A stretch of DNA of 64,000 bases from Malacoraja senta (taxonomy: Eukaryota), in the NCBI GenBank assembly GCA_038087875.1, contig CM075989.1, positions 1,364,001 through 1,428,000 of the forward strand, in the 5' to 3' direction. The notes beneath the pieces are model-generated. The model made no database searches, was not told the DNA's origin, and saw only the letters and a program-made list of their open reading frames with translations. Positions 1-11,728 of this stretch are shown here, piece by piece. Position 1 is the stretch's first letter, and each line of letters starts with the position of its first letter. Both the position numbers and the translations under genes were made by a program.

Positions 1-249
1 GCTTCGATCCCAACTACGGAGTTTGTACATTCTCCCCATGACCGTGTGGGTTTTCTCCGAGATCATCGGTTTCCACAAACACTCCAAAGACGTACAGGTT
101 TGTAGGTTAATTTGGCTTGGTATAAATGTAAAATTGTCCCTGGTGTGTGTAGGATAGTGTTAGTGTGCGGGGATCGCTGGTCAGTGCAGACTCGATGGGC
201 TGAAGGGCCTTTTTCCCACGTTATATCTCTAAACTAAACTAAACTAAAC
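1..249 (+). mobile_element. HE1/V-SINE-like tRNA-derived SINE
   Basis: B-box-like TTCGATCC, core GAGTTTGTACATTCTCCCC...ACTCCAAAGAC, (TAAAC)n tail. Confidence 0.85.
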
Positions 250-539
250 ACACCACAGACGTATTCAGGCATTATTCTGCATCGTTGTGCTGACAGGAGA
301 CCATCGATGAATGTCTTCCCCATTCTGAGAGTCAAATCTATTTCTGACACACATCACATCCTGCACATTTAGTCAATCTTGTTGGATGGTGCAATATATC
401 CTTCTGTGTCCTTTCCCCACTGTCATTACCCTTGTGCCAGTAATGTTAAAAGACAAAAAGCACCTTTTAAAAAAGTTTTAAAGACATTTATGAAATGCAG
501 GTTCTTTGGATGATTGACATAATCTGATAAACATCTTTG

Positions 540-830
540 TTTAGCTCAGTTTAGTTTAGAGATACAGCGCAGAAACAGGCCCTTCAACCCATCGAGTCTG
601 CGCTGACCAGAAATCCCTGTACATTAATCCTACACACACTAGGGACAATTTACACTTATACCAAGCCAATTAACCTGCAAACCTGTACATCTTTGGAGAA
701 TGGGAGGAAACTGGAGATCCCAGAGTAAACCCATGCAGATCAGGAGGAGAACGTACAAACTCCATACAGACAGCACCCATAGTCAGGATTGAACTCTAGT
801 GCTGTAAGGCAGCAGCTCTACCGTGTCGCC
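540..830 (-). mobile_element. HE1-like SINE
   Basis: Reverse complement of the same consensus. Confidence 0.85.
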
Positions 831-884
831 CGTTTGAATCTGTCTTCATAACAAGTCAGTTGGGATAAAGCAAGTAAAGTTACA

Positions 885-1535
885 AGAAGCTGGAGTAACT
901 CAACAGGTCAGGCAGCAGGTACACAAAAATGCTGAAGAAACTCAACGGGTGCAGCAGCATCTATGGAGCTTTACACAGAAATGCTGGAGAAACTCAGCGG
1001 GTGCAGCAGCATCTATGGTCAGGCAGCATCTCTGCAAAACATAGGCAGGTGACATTTCAGGTCAGACCGCTTGTGGTGGTGGGAGGGGTGAAAGCTGGAA
1101 GAGAGGCGGAGCAGGACCAAGCTTGGCAGGTAATAGGTGAACACAGGTGAGGGTGGCTATTGATAGGCGGGTGGTTGGACCAGAAATGAAAAAAAAACAG
1201 GAGTTAGAGAAAAGGATTGAAGAGTTGTGATTTGTGAAGTCATAGGAAGGAATGTAGGTGTCAGGAGAGGGTGAGTGTAGAAATAGATGTGAATCCAGGT
1301 GGGGCACAGGGGAGGGGGGGGGTAAGAAAGTGGGGTGCATGGGAGAAAGGGAAGGGGGACTGGGTGGGAGTTGTTTAAGTTTCCAAATGTTGGATCGTTT
1401 TTGAATCAGTAGAAGGGTCCTGACCTGAGGCAACACCTACTCATGTTCTCCAGAGATGTAGCCTGACCTACTGCACTACTCCACCACAATGTGTCTTATT
1501 TTACAAACCATCATCTGCAGTTCCTTGCTTCTACA
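885..1535. mobile_element. Cluster of Penelope 3'UTR/end fragments in both orientations
   Basis: Repeated GCTGGAGAAACTCAGCGGGTGCAGCAGCATCTATGG blocks and purine-rich 3'UTR. Similar fragments lie at 19520-19830, 20325-20505, 24500-24990, 25555-25715, 39800-39965, 40270-40415, 41980-42150, 49610-49702, 53995-54075, 55915-56045 and 61075-61300. Confidence 0.7.
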
Positions 1536-1882
1536 TTCTTCCCCATCAATAGTCAGCGCGGAATAGAGGAGAAAATATGTAGGGTGATCACTGTGGGAAT
1601 AATAAGGTGGTATGAACAGGTGATTTTACCTTCCTGACATTGACTGGCAGTGCCACACTGTGAAGCATTTGGACGCGATTTGTTAAATGCATCCAGAAAG
1701 TTTTCTCAAGCAATAAGTAGATGGGTCCACTCTACAGCAGTCAACACATGACCTTTATTGGCAATGAGGCAGGACAAATGGCTGAGGTGTCAGTGGGGGA
1801 ATATTCTAGGCACAGGGCGGCATGGTGGTGCAGTGGTAGAGTTGCTGCCTTACAGCGCCAGAGATCCAGGTTTGACCCGAGT

Positions 1883-2203
1883 TGTTGGGAGAGTCCAGAA
1901 CCAAGAGTCACAGATTAAGAATAAGGGGTCGGCCATTTAGGGCTGAGATGAGGAAAAACTTTTTCACCCAGAGAGTTGTCAATCTGTGGAATTCTCTGCC
2001 ACAGAAGGCAGTGGAGGCCAATTCACTGGATGCTTTCAAGAGAGAGTTAGATATAGCTCATAGGGCTAACGAATCAAGGGATATGGGGAGAAAGCAGGAA
2101 CGGGGTACTGATTTATGATGATCAACCATAATCATATTGAATGGCGGTGCTGGCTCAAAGGGAAGAATGGCCTACTCCTACACCTATTTTCCATGTTTCT
2201 ATG
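1883..2203 (+). mobile_element. CR1 LINE 3' end inserted in a SINE
   Basis: ESRTKSHRLRIRG...FFTQRVVNLWNSLP; 3'UTR with (CTATGTTT)n tail. Confidence 0.92.
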
Positions 2204-2382
2204 ATCCTGACTGCGGGTTCTGTACTGTATGGAGTTTGTACGTTCTCCCCATGACCTGCGTGGGTTTTCTCAGAGATCTTCAGTTTCCTCCCACACTCCA
2301 AAGACGTACAGCTTTGTAGGTTAACTGGCTTGGTATCAATGTAAAATTGTCCCTAGTGTGTGTAGTGGAGTGTAGTGGTAAT

Positions 2383-3546
2383 AGAAACATAGAAACATAG
2401 CAAATAGGTGCAGGAGTAGGCCATTCGGCCCTTCGAGCCTGCACCGCCATTCAATATGATCATGGCTGATCATCCAACACAGTATCCTGTACCTGCTTTC
2501 TCTTCATACCCCCTGATCCCTTAAGCCACAAGGGCCACATCTAACTCCCTCTTAAATATAGCCAATGAACTGGCCTCAACTACCTTCTGTGGCAGAGAAT
2601 TCCACAGATTCACCACTCTCTGTGTAAAAAATGTTTTTCTCATCTCAGTCCTAAAAGATTTCCCCTTTATCATTAAACTGTGACCCCTTGTTCTGGACTT
2701 CCCCAACATCGGGAACAATCTTCCTGCATCTAGCCGGTCCAACCCCTTAAGAATTTTGTAAGTTTCTATAAGATCCCCCCTCAATCTTCTAAATTCTAGC
2801 GAGTACAAGCTGAGTCTATCCAGTCTTTCTTCATATGAAAGTCCTGACATCCCAGGAATCAGTCTGGTGAACCTTCTCTGTACTCCCTCTATGGCAAGAA
2901 TGTCCTTCCTCAGATTAGGAGACCAAAACTGTACGCAATACTCCAGGTGTGGTCTCACCAAGACCCAGTACAACTGCAGTAGAACCTCCCTGTTCCTATA
3001 CTCAAATCATTTTGCTATGAATGCTAACATACCATTCGCTTTCTTCACTGCCTGCTGCACCTGCATGCCTACTTTCAATGACTGGTGTACCAATACACCC
3101 AGGTCTCGTTGCATCTCCCCTTTTCCTAATCGGCCACCATTCAGGTAATAGTCTACTTTCCTGTTTTTGCCACCAAAGTGGATAACCTCACATTTATCCA
3201 CATTATACTGCATCTGCCATGCATTTGCCCACTCACCCATCTTATCCAAGTCATCTTGCAGCCTCCTAGCACCCTTCTCACAGCTAACACTGCCCCCCAG
3301 CTTCGTGTCATCCGCAAACTTGGAGATGTTGCATTCAATTCCCTCGTCCAAATCTTTAATATATATTGTAAATAGCTGGTGTCCCAGCACTGAGCCTTGC
3401 GGTACCCCACTAGTCACTGCCTGCCATCCTGAAAAGGACCCGTTAATTCCTACTCTTTGCTTCCTGTCTGCCAGCCAGTTCTCTATCCACATCAATACTG
3501 AATCTCCAATACCGTGTGCTTTAAGTTTGTATACTAATCTCTTGTA
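2383..3546 (-). mobile_element. CR1 LINE, 5'-truncated RT
   Basis: [32 protein letters not shown]; tail at 2383-2400. Confidence 0.97.
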
Positions 3547-4129
3547 TAATAATGTGCGGGGATCGCTGGTTGGTGTGGACAGTGGGCCGAAGAGCCTGTT
3601 TTCACGCTATGTCTCCAAACTAATCTAAACTAAACTAAACAGACAATACAGTGATCATAACTCTATTTGCTTTAAAGTAGCTAAGGAAAGACTGGAATGG
3701 CTGGGACTGCCTTCCGCAAAGTGTAGGAGGCTGAAGAGTGACCTTGCAGAGGTTATAAAGTCACGTGGCGCATGCCTAAGACGGATTGTCACAGACGTTT
3801 TCCCAGGGTCGGGGAGTCAATAACTAAATGGCATAGGTTTAAGGTGAAAAGGGAAAGATTTAAAGGGGACCTGAGGGCAGGATTTCCACACAGAGAGAAC
3901 CCAAAGTGTTTCAAAGAATCAAAGTACCTATGGCATTCTTATATTCTCACAACTCAATGGTTACTTGTGAATTCTACATTTTCAAAATGTCATCATTGAT
4001 CAATGTCTCTGTTACCTTTCATATTTGTATTTCTTCAGAGTTATCTTTAACCTTATATTTCCAGTTATTTTGAAAACCTCTCTCCCATATTTCTAACAAG
4101 TGGACATAAGACCCAATCTCTGGGCATTC

Positions 4130-4340
4130 TATGGCCTTCTCCCCATATCCCCTGACTCCGTGATCTTTAAGAGTCCTATCTAGCTCTCTCTTGAAAGTAT
4201 CCAGAGAACTGGGCTCTACCGCCCTCTGAGGCAGAGAATTCCACAACTCTCTGGGTGAAAAGGTGTTTCCTCATCTCTGTTCTAAATGCCTTACCTCTTA
4301 TTCTTAAACTGTGGCCCCTGGTTCTGGACTCCCCCAACAT
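4130..4340 (-). mobile_element. Older CR1 3' fragment (continues at about 5594-5630)
   Basis: WNSLPQRAVEPSSLDTFKRELD; interrupted by the plus-strand CR1. Confidence 0.85.
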
Positions 4341-5593
4341 TGAGGATGTTACAAGTAAAATGGACGAAGGGGAGCCAGTGGATGTAGTGTATCTAGACTT
4401 TCAGAAAGCCTTTGATAAGGTCCCGCACGGGAAACTGGTGACTAAAATTAGAGCGCATGGTATTGAGGGTAGGGTGTTGACATGGATAGAAAATTGGTTG
4501 GCAGACCAGAAGCAAAGAGTAGGAGTGAACAGGTCCTTTTCAGAATGGCAGGCAGTGGCGAGTGGAGTGCCGCAAGGCTCGGTGTTGGGGCCGCAACTGT
4601 TTACCAAATATATTAATGATTTGGAAGAGGGAATTGGGAGCAACACTAGCAAGTTTGCGGATGACACAAAGCTGGGTGGCAGTGTGAACTGTGAAGAGGA
4701 TGTTAGGAGGTTGCAGGGTGACCTGGACAGGTTGAGTGAGTGGGCAGATGCATGGCAGATGCAGTATAATATAGATAAATGTGAGGTTATCCACTTTGGC
4801 GGCAAAAACAAGGGGGCAGATTATTATCTCAATGGGGTTAGGTTAGGTAAGGGGGAGGTGCAGCGAGACCTGGGCGTCCTTGTTCACTGGTCACTGAAAG
4901 ATGGCTTACAGGTACAGCAGGCAGAGAAGAAAGCTAATGGAATGTTGGCCTTCATAACAAGAGGATTTCAGTATAGGAGTAAAGAGGTTCTTCTGCAGTT
5001 GTATAGGGCTCTGGTGAGACCACATCTGGAGTATTGTGTACAGTTTTGGTCTCCTAATTTGAGAAAGGACATCCTTGTGATTGAGGCAGTGCAGCGTAGG
5101 TTCACGAGATTGATCCCTGGGATGGCGGGACTGTCATATGAGGTAAGATTGAAAAGACTAGGCTTGTATTCACTGCAGTTTAGAAGGATGAGGGGGTATC
5201 TTATAGAAACATAAAACATTATAAAAGGACTGGACAAGCTAGATGCAGGAAAAATGTTCCCAATGTTGGGCGAGTCCAGAACCAGGGACCACAGTCTTAG
5301 AATAAAGGGGAGGTCATTTAAGACTGAGGTGAGAACAAACTTTTTCACCCAGAGAGTTGTGAATTTGTGGATTTTCCTGCCACAGAGGGCAGTGGAGGCC
5401 AAGTCACTGGATGGATTTAAGAGAGAGTTAGATAGAGCTCTAGGGGCTACTGGAGTCAAGGGATATGGGGAGAAGGCAGGCACGGGTTATTGATAGGGGA
5501 CGATCAGCCATGATCACAATGAATGCCGGTGCTGGCTCGAAGGGCCGAATGGCCTCCAGCTGCACCTATTTTCTATGTTTCTATGTTTCTATG
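4341..5593 (+). mobile_element. CR1 LINE, 5'-truncated RT
   Basis: YLDFQKAFDKVPH, GVPQGSVLGP, FADD; complete 3' tail. Confidence 0.97.
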
Positions 5594-5784
5594 TTTCCTG
5601 CCTCTAGTGCCTCACGCTAGTGTCCAAACCCGGGTGTCTGGCGTTGTAAGGCAGTAGCTCTGCTGCAGCGCCACCTTGCCGCCCGTATTCACAAACCTAT
5701 TTCCAAATTCAATAGCGTAACCATGACATATTAAGTGAGTTGTGATAGCTTCTCATCCTGAGCCTATAACTGTGTACTGGAAAA

Positions 5785-6295
5785 GGGATGGTGGGCAAAA
5801 GGTGCTCGTGGGGGAGGGGGGGTGGGGGAGTTAGGACACAGATGAGGTGGGTGAGAGATGTAAGTGGACAAGGAATAAAAGGATGGCCAGGTGGGGAAAG
5901 GGGAGAGTGAAGGTGGAGACAGAGGCTGGAGAGTGGTGAGTGGGGTCACACAGGTAACACGTGCTGGACTCTCAACATGAGACAGGTGATAATAGCAACC
6001 AGGAAGGGAGAGGTGAGGGGCAGATGGAAGCAGAGAGGAGAGAGGATGTGGTGGGTGAAGTGTATGGGGAATCGGTTGATGGAACTGGAGGGAGGGTAGA
6101 GGTGGGTGGAGGATCACAACAAAAACAGTGATGGGGGCTGTGGGGGAGGAGGTACGGGGACAGGAGCAAAACTAGGTTTGTGGAAGATTGGAAGGAGAGG
6201 AAGAGGGAGGGGAGAGGGGGGGGGCGGGGAGGGGGGGAGGGAGAGGGAGAGGGAGAGAGAGAACTGACAGATAGACAGAGAGAGAGAGGAGACAA
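5785..6295. repeat. Purine-rich low-complexity region
   Basis: GA-rich tract; explains the Pro/Ser-rich spurious ORFs. Confidence 0.75.
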
Positions 6296-6889
6296 GGGCT
6301 AACTGTTATTGTTGAAGATAGTAAATGTTGTTTAAGAACACAATCTGATTTTGTCAAAAAAGACGTTTTAGTCTTTATCGTGTAGTCAGTTCTTTGATGC
6401 TGTGATTTATTCCTCTGGTCCTGCTTTACCAGTGGAGTCTGAGCCTCGTACTGCCTGTGCTGTCTATTGTGCAGGTAATCCCAGCTCTGCCATCTATTAC
6501 CTCATTGATCACCCACCCTGGCAGCAGATAAATGATATCAACGGCATTTGCATGCACTGCGTTGCAGATGGATAAGACCGGGCCTCATGAATCAGCTTCA
6601 GGCTGTTTGAGGTGTGATCAATTTACCGGGTGTGATTGATTTATCTGACACCTTGCTGGAGTCGTGGTAATGCCAACATCTGTCTTGCACGCTGTCTTAA
6701 AGGCACAGTTGTTGTGTTATGTTCCTGAATGACTGGGTCTTAAAGGGACTGATGCCGGTGAATTCATGGCTTCTGTGTTAGCTTTACATAAACACATCAT
6801 GCACGCAGGAGTAAACAATTGGACTCCTCACACCTGCTCTGTCATTCAGTGGGATTACACATAATCTTTCACTGTACATTCCTACACTA

Positions 6890-7172
6890 CAGTAGAGCCG
6901 CTACCTCACAGCACCAGAGACCTCTGTTCCATCCTGACTGTGTGAAGTTTGTACGTTCTCCCTGTGACTGCATGAATTTCCTCCGGGTGCTCCGGTTTCC
7001 TCCCACACCTCAAAGACGTGCGGGTTTGTAGGTTAATTAGCCCTCTGTAAACTTGTAGGGAGTGGATGAGAAAGTAGGATAACATAGATGTCATGTGATT
7101 GGTTGATTGGTGGTCAGCATGGGCCGAAGGGCCTGTTTCCGTACTGTCTCTACCCTAAACTAAACTGAACTA
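6890..7172 (+). mobile_element. HE1-like SINE
   Basis: Core and (TAAAC)n tail. Confidence 0.8.
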
Positions 7173-7327
7173 ACCACATATGTTTGATGCATTTATCAGA
7201 CAAATTCTATTGCTCTCTCTCTTGAAGAGACTCACTAACCGAGATTTCACCCACCTCTTGGTAGAACTTGGTAGTAACCTTTGAGTGAAGGAATTTGTTC
7301 TCATCTTAGTGCTGAATAACCAAGTCT

Positions 7328-7640
7328 GTAACTCAGTGGCTCAGGCAGCATCTCTGGAGAAAAAGGATGGGTTACGTTTTGTGTCGGAACCCTTCTTCAG
7401 GCTTCTTCAGTCTGAAGAAGGGTCTTGACCCAAAACGTCACCTATTCCATTTCCCCAGAGTTGCTGTCTGACTCGCTGAGTTACTCCAGCACTTTGTGTT
7501 TATCTTCCGAGTACACCAGCATCTGCAGTTCTGAGGAAGGGTCTCGACCTGAAAAGTCACCCATTCCTTATCTCCAGAGATGCTGCCTGTCCCGCTAAGT
7601 TACTCCAGCATTTTGTGTCTACCTTCTGTAGTTCATTCCT
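7328..7640 (+). mobile_element. Tandem/palindromic Penelope end fragments
   Basis: Hairpin 7328-7500 followed by a second direct end copy 7530-7640; two degenerate hammerhead-like cores. Confidence 0.75.
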
Positions 7641-8645
7641 GCACTGTATTCTGAGACTGTGACTCCTGGTTCTACACATCCCAGTGAGGTGTGAAATTAT
7701 CTCCAAATCCATCCTGTCAAGTCCTCAGAATATTTTGTACATTTCGTTGAGAACATCTCTCATTCTTCCAAATGTCAGCGATTACAATCCCAATCCCAAT
7801 GTGCTCCATCTCTACAAAGGGTTCCAGCTTCAGACAGTGAGTGCTGTTGGGAACAATGTAGACCAGGTTTTCTGGGCATCCTGAAGGTGTTTATCTGAAC
7901 CGTCCCTCTGTTGACTATCTTTACTCACGTTGTGCTAACAGAAGGGGGAGGGGGGGGGCACAATGGCGCAACGGTTGAGTTGCTGCCTTATCGTCACTAC
8001 AGGTGCTTGTCTTTACAGAGTTTGTACCTTCTCTCCGTGACTTGCATTAGGATTTCTCCGAAAATTTCGCTTTCCTTCCACACTCCAAAGACGTACAGGT
8101 TTGTAGGTTTAAGAAGGAACTGCAGATGCTGGAAAATCGAAGGTAGACAGAAGTGCTGGAGAAACTCAGCGGGTGCAGCAGCATCTATGGAGCGAAGGAA
8201 ATAGGCAACGTTTCGGGTCTGAAGAAGGGTTTCTGTCCGAAACGTTGCCTATTTCCTTCGCTCCATAGATGCTGCTGCCAGGGCTGGTCTTAGGATGTGC
8301 GGGGCCCAATTGGGAAAAATTTTCATAGAAATATGAATTTATAATTATAAATGAGTCACGTGTCGTGAGTAATATGACAGTCAGTCGGCTTTAAAAAAAA
8401 ATCTTAAACCGCGCATGCGCAGATTGTTCTCTCCGTAAAAATAAAAATAAAAATAAATAAAGTAACAATTCAATTTTCCCACGGCTTCCAAATCTCCTTC
8501 TTTCTGAATTACTGAATGGGTGGGGGGTGGGGGGTGACGGCAGGTGGAAAGATGGTGGGAAAAACGGGAGCACACCGGGACAAGTTGAATCAGTTGTCAT
8601 CTTATTGAATGACAATACTAGTTCAATTTATCAAGGGACCAATTC

Positions 8646-9221
8646 GGGGGAGAGTTCCTTTCACAGCGTGTGGAGAGTCTAGCCAGGGGTAAAGTTGTGG
8701 GGAGGGCAGGAGCGTTGAGAAGCAGGGGGTCGGGTTCATGCCAGTAACTCACTCACACCGCTGCCGCGGCGCTCCGGACGCGGAGCTACCGCATTGTGGC
8801 CGGGGAGGGAAGCAGCTCGCGTGGCTACGAGCGGCCTCCATCACCGGACAGCGGAACCGACTGCCATCTCAGCACCTTCTGCCGGCCCGCTCACCTCTGG
8901 CAGTGCTCTCCTTCTGAACAGAGAGGGGACCAGCCCAAGAGCAAAGATCATAGAGCGGAGTGGGTCAGCGGGTGATGGATAACATCACAGCGGGTGGTGG
9001 AGCTTACTCTTGTGTCAGCGCGAACAAGGGATCAATTGAGGTTACTCGCACTGACATATGGAGTAAGCTCCACCGCCCGTTGTCCTGTTATCCATCGCCC
9101 GCTGACCCGCTCTTGAGGTGGATGATCCCCGGCCGACCCCCTCCTTCTCAATGCTCCTGCCCTCCCCGCAACTTTACCCCTGGACAGACTACCCACACGC
9201 TCTGAAAGGAACTCACCCCCC
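8646..9221. repeat. Interrupted fold-back palindrome
   Basis: 8646-8737 pairs with about 9128-9221; 8929-9025 pairs with about 9042-9123. Confidence 0.85.
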
Positions 9222-10411
9222 AGCAGCGCTGTCCTTTTACAGCCACTTCCTACTTTAGAGCCTCAAGGTAATATCTTGCCAAACTCAGTTGTATCTTTCT
9301 CTCAATAAATATCATAAAATATGCCATTGTTTCAGCCACATTATGACAAAATATAGAATGTAGATTATTTGTTATCAGTCACTCCATCTCAGAAACAACA
9401 GTACTTAAAGAACAACATTTGTTTTACTAATTTACGAGCATGTACCATACAGAGACCGTTGATCCATATCCAGCAAAATGTTGTGATAATTGCATAAAAG
9501 GTATTATTGTCTAAAAAATTTGGTGTGGAATGATAATCCATCAGTACTCATTTAGGCAAGTCCCAAGCTATAGATACTTTTCTCCCACCCCCAATCCCCC
9601 TCGCCCGATCTTCATTGAACCTACCATTTGACCAATCTTTTACTCAGCTGCTGTAACGTTTCCTTCCAATCAAAATCTCTGTGTAGCATCTTTGTCCCTA
9701 TCTTCCAATTCCCACTTTGAAATAAATACAACTTTCGACAAACATTTCGCAGCAGGATCGCTATATAAATGCAAATATATGGTATTTTATCCGAGCACCC
9801 CCCCCCCCCCCCACCCCCCTTACCACCACACAAGAAGCATAACTTGAAGTATTTGCATTTGGAGAAGTTTGATATTGACCAGGAATTAAAATTAATAGAA
9901 AGATTAAATGAGAACTTACCAGTTTGAAGTTTGATCTTTATTTTGTGAGAAGTTGCGATAAGGGATTACGTGAAGAAGCCCGCCAGCCCGCATGCGCGTC
10001 AACCTTTAAAGCAGCGGTGTGAAATCACAGAAACAATTGCTGACCTGATTATAGGAAGATTTGAGAAACTAGAACTACCACATGATCTTTATGAGAATAG
10101 GGTTGGGGGTGGAGGGCACGTAATCCCTCATCGCAACTTCTCACAAAATAAAGATCAAACTTCAAACTGGTATGTTCTTGTTTAATCTTTCTATTTTATT
10201 TCGAAGTCACGTGAGTGACTACGTGAAGACTTTAAAGCTCTGTGATTTCATGATGCGGACTCGAGTCCATGCAAACACACTGCATCAGTTGACCAGATAT
10301 GCTTGAAAAAATAGTGCATTCAGACATGACATAGATTTAAAACATGCTGATGCTTTTAATGAAAGTGAAAATAATAATAGTATTGGTCCCTTACATCTGG
10401 GAAAATAAATT

Positions 10412-11330
10412 TCATTTAACCGAACTCAAAATCGTGTTGGCAAACGAACCTGGCCTGGCAATCGGTTTATTGTAAAAGGTCTGGAAAGTCCGCTCATTCG
10501 ACCATCCTACTGTCGCTAGGATGCGGTCCAGCGGAACCTCCATGAACCTTGCTGCTGATGTTGTTGCAGCCCCGGTGGAGTGAGATTTAAAAACATCAGT
10601 GTCCACTCCTGCGCAAGCCAATACATGTCTTAACCACCTGGAGATGGTCTGCACTGATACCTTCTTATGTCGATTTTTATGACTAATAAACATAGCCGGC
10701 TCAGTGCCTCTTTATATCCTTTATATATTGGTGAATAAATGTGACAACACACAATCTACGGTCCATCGGATATGCCAAAAATTCCAGCTTTAGACCTAAC
10801 ACACCCAGTCTGCTTTGCTTGATTAACTCATTTATATAGAATGTTATCTTGTTGGCAGACATAACCGTCCTGTCCAGCCAGAGTTTATGCAACGACTGGA
10901 CGCATTGCGCTGAAACCAGCACCATGAGCATTATTACCTTATATGTCAGCCGGACCAAAGATAAGGATGTAGCTGGAGCCCAACCGCGAAGCAGTTAACG
11001 TCCCATACTTCTGTGTACCTGGGCCTGGGAGGATTTATGTTAAAGATACCCTTCATGAATTTGGATATCAAAGGGTGAGACCCAACAGAGTGGTGTCCCG
11101 ATCCCAGCAGCAAGTATGATGACAAGGCACTTTTGGCAGAATTGATGGCACTATAACTTAATCTTTTATCAAAACAACATTGAAAGAAACTCTAAGACAT
11201 CAGTTATCCGTGCCGTATTATACGTTATATTTGAATTTAAACAAAACACTTCCCATCTCTTGATGTAGGAAATCTACTGCTTCTTGGTGCTATCCCGCCA
11301 AGCTGCAGTGATCATGTCCACGGTTCGGTC
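10412..11330 (-). pseudogene. DIRS copy 1 tyrosine recombinase remnant
   Basis: ORF pieces ...TISRWLRHVLACAGVDTDVFKSHSTGAATTS...GWSNERTFQTFYNKPI. The HSTR catalytic box reads HSTG. Frameshifted. Confidence 0.9.
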
Positions 11331-11728
11331 GGATATTCCGAGCCCCAGAAAAGGTCTTCTTTAACTCTGCAAATCAATAAGTTGATTCTATCATGCAGAG
11401 GGTGAGCTTCCCGAGACATGGGATGAATAAGCAAATCTTTGCGTTCATTAATAACCATATAAGGTTCTATTATCATTCCCAACATCAATGGGAACCATGG
11501 CTGCGTGGGCCAGTCAGGCACTACTAAAATGCCTGAAGCGGAATCTTGCTTGATTTTTAGCAAGCACCGGCTGATGTGGCAAAATAGAGGAAAGGCATAA
11601 AAGAACATTCCTCCCCAGTGTAACGAGAATGCATCAATCGCTACTGCCCCTGCGTCTGGCTCCCATGCAACATATTTTGGCAACTGGTGATTAAGCCTAG
11701 ATGCAAACAAATCAACACCGAGCAACAA
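11312..11728 (-). pseudogene. DIRS copy 1 DNA adenine methyltransferase-like domain
   Basis: DLFASRLNHQLPKY...DAFSLHW...YAFPLF...VVPDWPTQPWFP, the typical DIRS1 MT-like domain downstream of RNase H. Confidence 0.85.

Larger units (their letters stand above)
1817..3640 (+). mobile_element. HE1-like SINE split by two CR1 insertions
   Basis: Head 1817-1878, core 2203-2380, tail 3547-3640. Confidence 0.8.

Noticed and set aside
2867..3628. Recurrent antisense ORFs (MPPKWITSHLS..., MDNLTFIHIIL...)
   Set aside because: Off-frame readings of the CR1 RT; they recur only because the repeat recurs.
4255..5214. Chimeric 319-aa ORF or CR1 5' inversion
   Set aside because: A plus-strand CR1 inserted in an older antisense CR1 that resumes at about 5594; the fusion is incidental.
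9260..9890. Possible hAT transposase remnant
   Set aside because: No recognisable BED, DDE or dimerisation motif in the frames I read; many stops.
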